From: a virus
Lineage: Duplodnaviria; Heunggongvirae; Uroviricota; Caudoviricetes
IMG/VR virus record: IMGVR_UViG_3300044259_000172
Strand: one strand, 5' to 3'
DNA: 64,000 nt
A program made the translations under genes and the position numbers. Below are positions 27,614-36,239 of this stretch, piece by piece. The notes beneath the pieces are model-generated. The model searched no databases, was not told the DNA's origin, and saw only the letters and a list, made by a program, of their open reading frames with translations. Each line of letters begins with the position of its first letter. Position 1 is the first letter of the stretch.

Positions 27614-27689
27614 GGTGTGCCCTGTCAGGCTTGAACTGACGACCCTCTGCTTAAAAGGCAGATGCTCTAACCAACTGAGCTAAGGGCAC
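27614..27689 (-). tRNA. tRNA-Lys (anticodon UUU), CCA encoded
   Basis: minus-sense GTGCCCTtaGCTCAGTTGGTTAGAGCatCTGCCTTTTAAGCAGAgggtcGTCAGTTCAAGCCTGACAGGGCACaCCA: 7-bp acceptor, D-arm, anticodon loop CUUUUAA, T-arm all canonical. Confidence 0.8.
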
Positions 27690-27698
27690 AAATTTAAA

Positions 27699-27938
27699 TT
27701 AAACTTCAAAATCATACATAGTTAATGAACCGTTTTGAAACTTATTCTTTAACCGAAGAATTTCTTCTCTCATAATCTTATAACAAGTTTCTATGCCGGC
27801 ATTTTTTCCTTCTGCGTAACCAAGATTTTCAGAAGAAACCAATGTTTTGAATTCTTTATGCAATTTTCTTCTTTTTTCAGCTCGGTCGGCAGAATCTAAA
27901 AGAATATTTTCCAAATTTTCAAGAGCCAGATTTTTCAT
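27699..27938 (-). CDS. hypothetical protein (79 aa)
   Basis: ORF; promoter upstream. Confidence 0.45.
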   Translation of the reverse strand: MKNLALENLENILLDSADRAEKRRKLHKEFKTLVSSENLGYAEGKNAGIETCYKIMREEILRLKNKFQNGSLTMYDFEV

Positions 27939-27971
27939 CGATCGAATTCCTCTTAAATTTGATTATGATTT

Positions 27972-28001
27972 AATATAGTCTATTTAAGAGGAATTGTAAA
28001 C
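27972..28001 (-). promoter_or_regulatory. T4-early-like promoter (GTTTACA-17-TATATT)
   Basis: minus-sense gttGTTTACAattcctcttaaatagacTATATTaaatc. Confidence 0.5.
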
Positions 28002-28009
28002 AACAGAAT

Positions 28010-28192
28010 TCAATCTTTTTCATTATTTTCTGGAAAATGAATATCAAATGGAGAAAATTCTAATTCCATACTTTTCATCTTAGAACTCACTTTATCAGCA
28101 AATTCTTGTAATTTTGGCAAATCGGATTTCTTTGATTTGCCAAAAAGATTCATCATATGAATTCTATCTCTATAAGATAAATTATCAGACAT
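28010..28192 (-). CDS. hypothetical protein (start revised to ATG 28192, 8-bp overlap with upstream stop)
   Basis: ORF-track start 28258 overlaps HD-domain gene by 74 bp. Confidence 0.4.
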   Translation of the reverse strand: MSDNLSYRDRIHMMNLFGKSKKSDLPKLQEFADKVSSKMKSMELEFSPFDIHFPENNEKD

Positions 28193-28844
28193 TTTTAAAT
28201 CTCTCCTGGTAATATCGATTGATATTCTTAATTGCCTTTTCAGACAATTCTTTTCCATTCTTAAAAGACTTAAATGGAACTAATTCAGGACGATTAACTA
28301 ATTGACCGATAAACTTTTTTCGAACTTTGTCAATAGCTTCCTGAGAAAATTGAGTCTTCCATTCTTTTTCAATGTTTTCATTTGTACGAAGAAACTTTTC
28401 ATAAGGATCTGCGAATGATAACAAATCAAGATCTAACAAAACTTGGCATGCAAATTTTTGATCTTCATTTTCCATTTTTTCCATAATAGGATTTTCAACA
28501 AGAAAATGATATTGAGTTGCTAAAATGAGATTAGACACGAAAAATGAATCAGAGGTAAGAGCCCAAATATAATCTTCTCCATGTTTATGAAGTTCATAAA
28601 ATTGAGCAGATTTTTCTTCATTTGTTCTGTGCATATTAGGCATCACATCATAAATAATATCATGATATAAAATTGCCTCGATCAAGAGCTTTTGCTCTTT
28701 CATAAAGATATCTTTTACAAAATTTCCCGAATGTAAATTAGATTTGAAATCAGACAACATCCTTAGAATGTGATCTTTGTTATGATAAAACCTATGAGGT
28801 TCTTCATATCTTTGAAAAATTTCGGTAATATTAATTTGTGTCAT
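28185..28844 (-). CDS. HD-domain metal-dependent phosphohydrolase-like protein
   Basis: YHNKDHILRM ... LYHDIIYD (H...HD motifs of HD superfamily). Confidence 0.5.
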   Translation of the reverse strand: MTQINITEIFQRYEEPHRFYHNKDHILRMLSDFKSNLHSGNFVKDIFMKEQKLLIEAILYHDIIYDVMPNMHRTNEEKSAQFYELHKHGEDYIWALTSDSFFVSNLILATQYHFLVENPIMEKMENEDQKFACQVLLDLDLLSFADPYEKFLRTNENIEKEWKTQFSQEAIDKVRKKFIGQLVNRPELVPFKSFKNGKELSEKAIKNINRYYQERFKNV

Positions 28845-29145
28845 TTTCTTCCTTTTCCAAAAATTTAAATTGAGAATAATCTCTATACATTCTAGTTTCA
28901 GTATCAGAATTTAGAAAATATTTCCCATTCTTGGAATAAACCATACAAAGAAATAGAATATTATAAGAAGAACTCATATCTTTATGGATATCAATTGATT
29001 CAATTTTAGCTTGATATCCCGAATATTTTCCCTTTGTAATTTCTACAATTTTGTGGAGATATTTCTTATTAAGCTCATTCTGTCTATTTGACAAATAAAC
29101 CTGAAGCTTTTTCCTATAATCTAAAAATTCTTCAATTTCATTCAA
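28831..29145 (-). CDS. hypothetical protein (104 aa)
   Basis: ORF track. Confidence 0.45.
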   Translation of the reverse strand: MNEIEEFLDYRKKLQVYLSNRQNELNKKYLHKIVEITKGKYSGYQAKIESIDIHKDMSSSYNILFLCMVYSKNGKYFLNSDTETRMYRDYSQFKFLEKEENDTN

Positions 29146-29524
29146 AATCTTTATTCCTTTTCATCAACAAATATTGACTAAGATATTTTTCAATATTTTC
29201 TTTTCCTACAGGATTCTGAGAATGAACATAAAATTTAAAATCATCTGCCAAGATATTAAAATCAATATCAACATCTACCAAAGATTTTGCAATAGATAAT
29301 CCATTTTCAGAATCTTGTCCTAAATCATGATCAAAAGAAATATAAGAAATCTTTTCAAAATCTCCTATAAGATCGAAATATGATTTCCATAGTGTCTTGA
29401 TTATTGGATTTTGAGACTTAATAAATGTATTGAACAAATAAAGGGCATCAGAAGAATTTCTAATTATAACATCAAATTTATCATTTTCAGATGGATCACG
29501 TTCATCATCAATAAAAATTTTCAT
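29138..29524 (-). CDS. hypothetical protein (128 aa)
   Basis: ORF track. Confidence 0.45.
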   Translation of the reverse strand: MKIFIDDERDPSENDKFDVIIRNSSDALYLFNTFIKSQNPIIKTLWKSYFDLIGDFEKISYISFDHDLGQDSENGLSIAKSLVDVDIDFNILADDFKFYVHSQNPVGKENIEKYLSQYLLMKRNKDFE

Positions 29525-29760
29525 TACACAAATTCTCCTTTACAAATTTTCAAGATTTCTCTAGAAGAAACTACATTAACTCTAGAATCTTCAAGGATTT
29601 CCTTGAGTCTTCTTTTAGGAATATCATAATGATTATATACAGATTTATGAAACCAACATTTCTTGATTTCTAAATCTTTAGCCATTTCATGTAGATTTTC
29701 TTCCGAATATGGAATACAAACCAAATGTCTTGAAACATCAGCAAAATATCTCATACCCAT
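29524..29760 (-). CDS. DUF4031-like protein
   Basis: HLVCIPYSEENLHEMAKDLEIKKCWFHKSVYNHYDIPKRRLKEI matches the CHL..D...ELH.FA..LG....WF......HYD...KR pattern of DUF4031. Confidence 0.5.
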   Translation of the reverse strand: MGMRYFADVSRHLVCIPYSEENLHEMAKDLEIKKCWFHKSVYNHYDIPKRRLKEILEDSRVNVVSSREILKICKGEFV

Positions 29761-29936
29761 TCTCCAATCTCTACAAGAGTATCAGAATTATGTTGAAAAT
29801 TTACTTTTGTTCTAGGGAGTTTTTTCCCATCAGAAAGAGTAATAGATTTTGTATTCTCAGAAACCACTTCTAAATGGGTTTCATTGAGCATCCAAACTTT
29901 TTTACCTAAGAGTGAACTTCCGTGAATCTTTTTCAT
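29751..29936 (-). CDS. hypothetical protein (61 aa)
   Basis: ORF track. Confidence 0.4.
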   Translation of the reverse strand: MKKIHGSSLLGKKVWMLNETHLEVVSENTKSITLSDGKKLPRTKVNFQHNSDTLVEIGEWV

Positions 29937-29975
29937 ATAATTTTTATATCAAAATAATTCGCGGAAGTAAATAGA

Positions 29976-30129
29976 TTAAATCTTAATTTTGTAAATTATT
30001 TCATAATATGGAGAGTTTTCAAAATTATAACGATTGACTGCAATAATTACGGCCCCAGAATCTTCAAGTTCTTCTAGATAGCTCAACATATCCTTCAATT
30101 TCAATTGACCAATTCGATCATATTTCATA
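29976..30129 (-). CDS. small hypothetical protein (50 aa, MKYDRIGQLKLKDMLSYLEELEDSGAVIIAVNRYNFENSPYYEIIYKIKI)
   Basis: hand translation; fills gap between neighbouring genes. Confidence 0.35.
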
Positions 30130-30140
30130 GATTTAAATCC

Positions 30141-30662
30141 TTAAAGGTATGAGAAATCTGATGTCAATTCTTTTGCATCGGGACCAAATGCAAACATTCC
30201 TGTTGTAACATCATAAGCCTTGAAAATCAAGGATCCATCCTTTAGATGGTATTCAGGATCAATGACTTCTTTTGCGATACAAGCCAATTGATCAGAAAGA
30301 GCTATCGCTTCTTTAATCTTTGCATAAGATGCCTTTTTGACATAAACTGTACCGAAACCTTGAGGAGTTTCTTTTTTCCACTTGAGATATTCGGAAGAAA
30401 GAAATTGATTAATCCCCGAAGAAATGAATTTTTCAAATGTTTCATGAAAAACAGAAGTTGCGTGTGAAGCCTGGGCAGCTGCCCTGCCTTTAGTCATAGA
30501 CAAAGGCAAATCGTCTCGAACAACAATGTATAGACGACTCAATTTTTCATCTGAAGATACCAACATTTCATTTAATTGAAACTTTTCAGATGATTTTTGG
30601 GGAGGAATTCCTCCCCAAAAACTTTTTTCGATAAATGTATTTGCTTTCATATTCATATTCAT
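30141..30662 (-). CDS. peptidyl-tRNA hydrolase PTH2-family protein
   Basis: YIVVRDDLPLSMTKGRAAAQASHATS matches the PTH2 core (vvRtDL.M.kGKiaAQcsHAa). Confidence 0.55.
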   Translation of the reverse strand: MNMNMKANTFIEKSFWGGIPPQKSSEKFQLNEMLVSSDEKLSRLYIVVRDDLPLSMTKGRAAAQASHATSVFHETFEKFISSGINQFLSSEYLKWKKETPQGFGTVYVKKASYAKIKEAIALSDQLACIAKEVIDPEYHLKDGSLIFKAYDVTTGMFAFGPDAKELTSDFSYL

Positions 30663-30880
30663 TCAGAATCTTCTTCCACTAGGATAATTTCTTCATTGAG
30701 CGCTCCTGCAATTTTTGCAAAAGCAATTCGATAGGCTGCAACTTCATAAAAATCTTCTGCTTCTTCTGTAAGAAAGCGAGCAACCTCTTTTCCATTTACA
30801 ATGAAAAAGGTTTTATAATTTGCTGTAGAGATAATCTTAAACATTTTATATTTCCCTTTTATTTTAAAAATCCATATCAC
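30659..30880 (-). CDS. hypothetical protein (73 aa)
   Basis: ORF track. Confidence 0.45.
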   Translation of the reverse strand: MIWIFKIKGKYKMFKIISTANYKTFFIVNGKEVARFLTEEAEDFYEVAAYRIAFAKIAGALNEEIILVEEDSE

Positions 30881-30904
30881 TGAATTTTAAGATATAGATT
30901 TTTA

Positions 30905-31165
30905 AAATGTCGGTGAGAGGAACACCTCCCTAACGCTGCCGACCCAACATCATTGTTTTATATCTAGTTGTATATCTTATCTAGCTGTATATGTCTTAAA
31001 ATTTCAAGAACTTAGAGCATGATAAAATCTCCTTTTGATAGAGTTTGTTCATGTATATTAAATTTTATTCGTCGTATATCATCTATGTAAAATAATTAGA
31101 AAAAGAAATTAGAGCATGATAAAATCTCCTTTTAATTTATTTAAGCTTTTACTCTCTATCAGAGC
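30905..31165 (-). ncRNA. candidate non-coding or leader RNA: from T4-early-like promoter (~31166-31200) to GC-rich terminator hairpin (30908-30946); contains two copies of a 25-nt SD+AUG-CUC-UAA minigene
   Basis: promoter-like GTTTACA-18-TATATT on minus strand; hairpin gucgg...ggagg-uguu-ccucuc-a-ccgac followed by UUUU; no ORF longer than 2 codons behind the SD. Confidence 0.3.
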
Positions 31166-31217
31166 TTGTTTACATTTTGAATATACGCTATTCAACACAA
31201 AATGTAAACAACAAAAT

Positions 31218-31487
31218 TCACTTTTTTGAAATTTTTTTCAGATTGAATTTTGAAGGAATTCCAATCACTTGATTTGGATAATTGTTGGCTTTCAAAAATG
31301 TCTTTAATTTAATCAAAATTTGTTCAGGATTTTTTTCTGTATCTGGATATTCTAAAACTAAAATGGTATCAGGATTAAGATCTAAAAATAATATCTTAAA
31401 CGGATGAGGTTCATTCTCAGGTGCAATCGTTTCCCTTTTAATAGGGGTATTGATGAATTTAAAAAATGCTCCTATAAATTCTTTCAT
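31218..31487 (-). CDS. hypothetical protein (89 aa)
   Basis: ORF track. Confidence 0.45.
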   Translation of the reverse strand: MKEFIGAFFKFINTPIKRETIAPENEPHPFKILFLDLNPDTILVLEYPDTEKNPEQILIKLKTFLKANNYPNQVIGIPSKFNLKKISKK

Positions 31488-31552
31488 GATATAATCTCCA
31501 AATACAAAGAAGGGCCAATGGCCCTTCTAATTTATATGAAGCTATATATTAT

Positions 31553-32443
31553 TTACTTCTTTAGAGAATCATTTTCTTTCAAAAGATCATCAGAATTTAG
31601 AAGCATTCCATTGCTTGTTCCTTGAACTTTTGGCATCTTACCATCCCAACGTTCAATTGCCTTATATTTTACAAGCTCAGGGGTAATAGATTCTGACAAA
31701 ATCTTATTTGCCTTTGCTTGGGCTTCTGCTTCAAGAAGAACAGATTCAGCTCGACCTCGCGCATCTTCAATTGCCTTTTGAGCATCAGCCTTTGCAGATT
31801 CTACTTCTTGAGTCTTTTGCAAAGTTTTCTGGGATGCATTGATCTTTGCATTAATCATATTAACAACTTCATCAGGAAGTCTAAATGCTCCTGTCCAATA
31901 AAGTCGTTCTACCTTGATGCCAATAGGATCAAATTGAGACCTAACTCGAGCTTCTACATTCTTAATGAGTTGTTCCTTGCCAGGACCATAAATTTCATCT
32001 ACTCTCATTTTAGAAGCTTCAGAAACGAGAGCATCCCGAACTGCATTTCGAATTACAATCTGATTGAGTTCTTCCGTTCCCTTACGATATCGCTGGAAGA
32101 TATTGGAAATCTTTGAAGGATCAAAAGAATATGCAATACCAATATCAGAATTTACCTTCAGTCCATCTCGGTCTTGGAACGTAATAGACTCATCTTCTGG
32201 ACTCGAAGAATCCTTGATATTATCCCAGGTATAATTTTGGGTGAATGTAGGAAATAGGAACAAATCTTCATTCCACCCGATAAAATATCGACCTGGACCT
32301 AGAATTTGATTATCAACCCCCTTAGAATCTCCTAGCAAATATACTTTTACCCCAACTTGACCAGCTGGAACCTTTGAGCAAGAAGCCATAGATAGGCAAC
32401 CAAGAAGCAGAGCTCCAATAGTAATAATTTTCTTAATACTCAT
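31553..32443 (-). CDS. SPFH/band-7 (prohibitin/HflKC-like) domain lipoprotein
   Basis: signal peptide and lipobox MSIKKIITIGALLLGCLSMASC; band-7 core with C-terminal EAQAKA-type coiled coil. Confidence 0.75.
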   Translation of the reverse strand: MSIKKIITIGALLLGCLSMASCSKVPAGQVGVKVYLLGDSKGVDNQILGPGRYFIGWNEDLFLFPTFTQNYTWDNIKDSSSPEDESITFQDRDGLKVNSDIGIAYSFDPSKISNIFQRYRKGTEELNQIVIRNAVRDALVSEASKMRVDEIYGPGKEQLIKNVEARVRSQFDPIGIKVERLYWTGAFRLPDEVVNMINAKINASQKTLQKTQEVESAKADAQKAIEDARGRAESVLLEAEAQAKANKILSESITPELVKYKAIERWDGKMPKVQGTSNGMLLNSDDLLKENDSLKK

Positions 32444-32449
32444 TTTTTA

Positions 32450-32740
32450 TTAATCCTTTTTGTTAAACATAATTTTTGCGGTTGAATTGATAGCTTTAAT
32501 TACCAATGTAAAACATACTGCAAAAGTTGCGAAAAATCCAGCAAATCCTAATAGGACAGAAATATCAGAAGATTGCGAAATTGCAAAAGGGCCAATTACC
32601 CCAAAATATGAAATTGCAATAATTACAGCCAACATCATATAACCAAGAGGTTTCCAATAGGTTATTAAAGGATTTTCAATTTCTTTGAATTCTTCAATTT
32701 TTTCGAGATTTTCGAATGCTTGTTTTTCATCGTCATTCAT
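32450..32740 (-). CDS. two-TM membrane protein (possible SPFH partner)
   Basis: hydrophobic helices LGYMMLAVIIAISYFGVIGPFAI and LLGFAGFFATFAVCFTLVI; 6-bp gap to SPFH gene. Confidence 0.5.
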   Translation of the reverse strand: MNDDEKQAFENLEKIEEFKEIENPLITYWKPLGYMMLAVIIAISYFGVIGPFAISQSSDISVLLGFAGFFATFAVCFTLVIKAINSTAKIMFNKKD

Positions 32741-32741
32741 G

Positions 32742-33005
32742 TTATTTTCTTTCGCTTTCTTCTTTCAGAATTGAAATTTCAGATTTCAATTCTGAAATTT
32801 CTTTTTCATATTTTGCTAAATTATGATTATATGACTTTTCATACATTTGCAAATTTTCTGAATTGTGCATTAATCTTCTAACTTCTGCAATAGACTGTTC
32901 ATTTCCGAGAAGATTAAAACCATTCCAAGAAATACCAGACAAAACCCCTTCTTTTGGAATGTATAATATCTTCTTAATTTCTTCCCAAATATCAGATCTA
33001 TTCAT
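32742..33005 (-). CDS. hypothetical coiled-coil protein (87 aa)
   Basis: ORF track. Confidence 0.45.
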   Translation of the reverse strand: MNRSDIWEEIKKILYIPKEGVLSGISWNGFNLLGNEQSIAEVRRLMHNSENLQMYEKSYNHNLAKYEKEISELKSEISILKEESERK

Positions 33006-33010
33006 ATATT

Positions 33011-33226
33011 TTATTCTCTATAGATCTTATAATAAGTAAAAATTTCGTCAATATCCTTAATAGATTTAGTCATCTTTGATTGATGAGAATACAGAGAATC
33101 TACCCAATTTCCTTCATGAGGATTAAACCCTTCAAGAGCAGCCTCAGAAACGATACTTCTTGATTTTAATAGGGCAATTTCAATTTTTTTAAGAATTTCT
33201 ACATCAATTTCAATCATATTAGACAT
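33011..33226 (-). CDS. hypothetical protein (71 aa)
   Basis: ORF track. Confidence 0.4.
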   Translation of the reverse strand: MSNMIEIDVEILKKIEIALLKSRSIVSEAALEGFNPHEGNWVDSLYSHQSKMTKSIKDIDEIFTYYKIYRE

Positions 33227-33641
33227 ATGGAACCCCAGGTCTAGAAATCAAAGATTCTCTCCAATGCATATTTCCAACTTTTAAAGAAGAAAAATGAGAA
33301 GCCTCTATCCACTTATCATTACCAATTACCCAATAATCATTTTCAATCTTAGGTTTTAAAGTAACGAGCAAATTGCTTCCCGTCTTTCTTCTCATCATAA
33401 ATTTGAAATCTGAATGGACATGATCCCAATTGATATAATCAGGAACTTTAAGAATCTCATAATCATATCTAAAGAAATCCCAACCTAAGTGTTCTGTGTG
33501 TCGGGACATTTTATCAAATGTCCCAAAACTTTTCGGATACTCTTTTGGAAAATATTTAATAGTTTCTCCACGCATATAGGCCTGGATAATATCCAAAATA
33601 TATTCTTCTTGAGGAAAATCAATCAATTTATTTTTCTCCAT
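33219..33641 (-). CDS. hypothetical protein (140 aa)
   Basis: ORF track. Confidence 0.5.
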   Translation of the reverse strand: MEKNKLIDFPQEEYILDIIQAYMRGETIKYFPKEYPKSFGTFDKMSRHTEHLGWDFFRYDYEILKVPDYINWDHVHSDFKFMMRRKTGSNLLVTLKPKIENDYWVIGNDKWIEASHFSSLKVGNMHWRESLISRPGVPYV

Positions 33642-33891
33642 TCCAAGGTTTATAGGTCACTACAACAAATTCTGTATAATCTAAAGGATCATAACGATCA
33701 TAAGTCAAACAATCAGTATGAATATATTCCGAGGAAATGATCACATCATTTAAATCCGCATCGGGCCATTTTTCTTTAATATCTTCCAATAGTTCAAAAA
33801 CTGAAGGTTCATTACTTTTGTAGATAGTATTTTCAGTATCATCAGGCCAAAAAGATTTTATTTGCCCATTATTTCTATAAGAATATCCCAC
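33628..33891 (-). CDS. hypothetical protein (87 aa)
   Basis: ORF track. Confidence 0.45.
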   Translation of the reverse strand: MGYSYRNNGQIKSFWPDDTENTIYKSNEPSVFELLEDIKEKWPDADLNDVIISSEYIHTDCLTYDRYDPLDYTEFVVVTYKPWNGEK

Positions 33892-33905
33892 CTTAAAAAT
33901 TCTTT

Positions 33906-34187
33906 CTAAATATAATTAGCCTTGACATTATGTCCTTCAAACCTTGAAACTAAAATGACTTCAACTCCTTGAAGTTCGGGATGATTTCGGAGAAAACGCT
34001 TGAATGCTTTTACAGATCTAATTGGCCAAAAATGATTTGATCCACCTTTAGGTAAAGGATCATGAACACTAACAAATTTCCTTTTGTCATTACACCACCA
34101 CAATGAAGCAAATGTAGTAACTGAACGATAACGCTTCATTAAACGTTCTCCAACAGGAGCTTCAAATTCAAGAACCCAATTAGCCAT
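33906..34187 (-). CDS. hypothetical protein (93 aa)
   Basis: ORF track. Confidence 0.45.
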   Translation of the reverse strand: MANWVLEFEAPVGERLMKRYRSVTTFASLWWCNDKRKFVSVHDPLPKGGSNHFWPIRSVKAFKRFLRNHPELQGVEVILVSRFEGHNVKANYI

Positions 34188-34374
34188 CCTTGTAATTTCT
34201 CCATTTATCCACGGCTGAACAAGTCGTATCTCCAGGAGTAATTAATAGAATTCGTCCATTAAATTCAAATTCAACATCGCATTGATATTTTCGAGTCAAT
34301 GCGAGAGAATTATCCAAACAATCATGAATAAAAGCTGTAGATCCAACATCAAGAATGATTTTAGAAATTTTCAT
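34180..34374 (-). CDS. hypothetical protein (64 aa)
   Basis: ORF track. Confidence 0.4.
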   Translation of the reverse strand: MKISKIILDVGSTAFIHDCLDNSLALTRKYQCDVEFEFNGRILLITPGDTTCSAVDKWRNYKDG

Positions 34375-34610
34375 TTTGAAAGCCTTTCAAATTCTTGTTT
34401 AATACGATTTTCTCGTTTGATAAGATCAGTAATAGATTCAATCCATTGATCAAGAGAAAGTTGATTGAGACTATAAACATAGATAGAAGATGTATACCAA
34501 AGTTCTACTTCAGGCCCACATACATAAAAATATCCTTCTCCCTTGACGAGTTCATATTGACCAAAACCAAGTTCTTTGAGCTTTTTATTTACTGTACGAA
34601 GTTGGATCAT
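34371..34610 (-). CDS. hypothetical protein (start revised to ATG 34610, MIQLRTV..., with GGAG RBS)
   Basis: ORF-track start is non-ATG; ctGGAGcaaattaaaATG. Confidence 0.45.
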   Translation of the reverse strand: MIQLRTVNKKLKELGFGQYELVKGEGYFYVCGPEVELWYTSSIYVYSLNQLSLDQWIESITDLIKRENRIKQEFERLSK

Positions 34611-34635
34611 TTTAATTTGCTCCAGTTGATATTTA

Positions 34636-34665
34636 GATACTATCACAAATAGAGTAAATGTAAAC
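34636..34665 (-). promoter_or_regulatory. T4-early-like promoter (GTTTACA-17-TAGTAT)
   Basis: minus-sense ttattGTTTACAtttactctatttgtgaTAGTATctaaat. Confidence 0.4.
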
Positions 34666-34670
34666 AATAA

Positions 34671-35057
34671 TTATTCTTTTATAGTCCAAAGAATTTGCTT
34701 AATTTCGAAAAATGGATCTCCATTACATTTAACCATATCAACTTTCCATACAGAAATACAATCAACGCTTAAATCAAGAAGATCTATTTCAATATGTTTG
34801 ATTTCAAAATGTTTTTCTTTTTCATCATGAATTTTAGAAATTTGGCGTAGATTGTCAGGAAATCGTTTATATTTTTTACCAGTTTTGAATTCAATCATAT
34901 TGACCATAGGTTCATTAGGCAAAATTGCCATAATATGATCAATAGTTTTTCGTTGTAAAGGTTTTACACCTTTTGAAGTTTCAAGTCCGAAATCCCCATC
35001 AAAAATATAATCAATTTCATCATTTTCTTGTTTGATGAGCAAATTAATTTTGGACAT
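34671..35057 (-). CDS. hypothetical protein (128 aa)
   Basis: ORF track. Confidence 0.5.
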   Translation of the reverse strand: MSKINLLIKQENDEIDYIFDGDFGLETSKGVKPLQRKTIDHIMAILPNEPMVNMIEFKTGKKYKRFPDNLRQISKIHDEKEKHFEIKHIEIDLLDLSVDCISVWKVDMVKCNGDPFFEIKQILWTIKE

Positions 35058-35104
35058 TTTAATTTTCCAATTTATTTTTATAAAATCAATTTATTAAAAA
35101 TAGT

Positions 35105-35258
35105 TTATTCTTCATTATAGAAGCGAGAAGTAGCAGCTGCTGCACAAAGCTTATCAATATCTCGAGCCAATTGCCCTTTCAATTTTCCACTCATAATGAG
35201 TAATTGAAGAGAATCAATAATATCTCTGATCGGGCGATCTTTTGTTTCTTTTGTCATT
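35105..35258 (-). CDS. small hypothetical protein (50 aa, MTKETKDRPIRDIIDSLQLLIMSGKLKGQLARDIDKLCAAAATSRFYNEE)
   Basis: hand translation of gap region. Confidence 0.35.
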
Positions 35259-35269
35259 TTAATTTTTCC

Positions 35270-35464
35270 TTATAAATCAAAATCTTCGGGATGAATAAAT
35301 GCTTGTCTATATCCATCAGGATGCTTAATAAGTTTTATTCTAGCACCCTTTAGTTTCTTTTCAACAACTCTTTCATTATGATAATCTTCAGTGACATCGC
35401 AAAAATTTATCCATTTAATGCCTTGAAACGTTCTATAACAAAGAGTTTGATCTTTATAAGGCAT
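35270..35464 (-). CDS. hypothetical protein (64 aa)
   Basis: ORF track. Confidence 0.4.
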   Translation of the reverse strand: MPYKDQTLCYRTFQGIKWINFCDVTEDYHNERVVEKKLKGARIKLIKHPDGYRQAFIHPEDFDL

Positions 35465-35480
35465 TATATTTCACCTCAAT

Positions 35481-35738
35481 TTATTTGTTAAAAACATTAG
35501 AAGAATAAAATGGGTTTACGCTATTTCTACGACGAATGAAACCTTCTTTAGCTGCATTAAAGGACTTATAATTATCGGAATTATCGGAATTATTAGAATA
35601 CCACATTTCTCGTCCATCTTCATCCGTACCTTCTTGTGTGAGATATGTGACCATAAATTCATTTGGATTATATTCCATCATTTCAAGACGAGAATCTTTG
35701 GAAAATCTATGGGTAAAATGAACTTTAATCTTTGCCAT
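35481..35738 (-). CDS. hypothetical protein (85 aa)
   Basis: ORF; promoter upstream. Confidence 0.45.
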   Translation of the reverse strand: MAKIKVHFTHRFSKDSRLEMMEYNPNEFMVTYLTQEGTDEDGREMWYSNNSDNSDNYKSFNAAKEGFIRRRNSVNPFYSSNVFNK

Positions 35739-35776
35739 TTTGTTATCCTATCTTTGATGATTTCTATTTGTTAAAA

Positions 35777-35806
35777 TTAATCTATCACAGTAGGAGAGAA
35801 TGTAAA
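35777..35806 (-). promoter_or_regulatory. T4-early-like promoter (GTTTACA-17-TAGATT)
   Basis: minus-sense atatGTTTACAttctctcctactgtgaTAGATTaatttt. Confidence 0.4.
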
Positions 35807-35810
35807 CATA

Positions 35811-36239
35811 TTATTTTGAAAAATTTATGAATTCTGATAAAGTTTTTCTCTTTAAAGGCTTTTTTAAAAGAGGAACTTGAGGATAAGCTACTGCTCCTCC
35901 GCCTGAGGTATTCACTGGGGCATCTTCTTCTATTTCAGCAATAAGAATATCAACCATTTCATCCGTCATTTCCTCTTCTTTAAGAAGAGCTAGAGCTGAT
36001 GACATTCTTATAAATGGGTTCAAAGAACCTGGAACTTTTGAAACAACTCTTTTTAGATTATAAGCAACTCGATCAAATGGGCCATAATATTTCTTTTGAT
36101 CTGGAGTTAAATTAGAGACAATCATGTTACCATTTTCATCTACAATACCAGCTTTAAATGCTGGAGTATATTCCCATTTTTGGGCAATTATTTTAATAAG
36201 TCTGTACGTAAAATAGGAATCTACAAAATTGCGAATCAT
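35811..36239 (-). CDS. hypothetical protein (142 aa)
   Basis: ORF track. Confidence 0.45.
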   Translation of the reverse strand: MIRNFVDSYFTYRLIKIIAQKWEYTPAFKAGIVDENGNMIVSNLTPDQKKYYGPFDRVAYNLKRVVSKVPGSLNPFIRMSSALALLKEEEMTDEMVDILIAEIEEDAPVNTSGGGAVAYPQVPLLKKPLKRKTLSEFINFSK

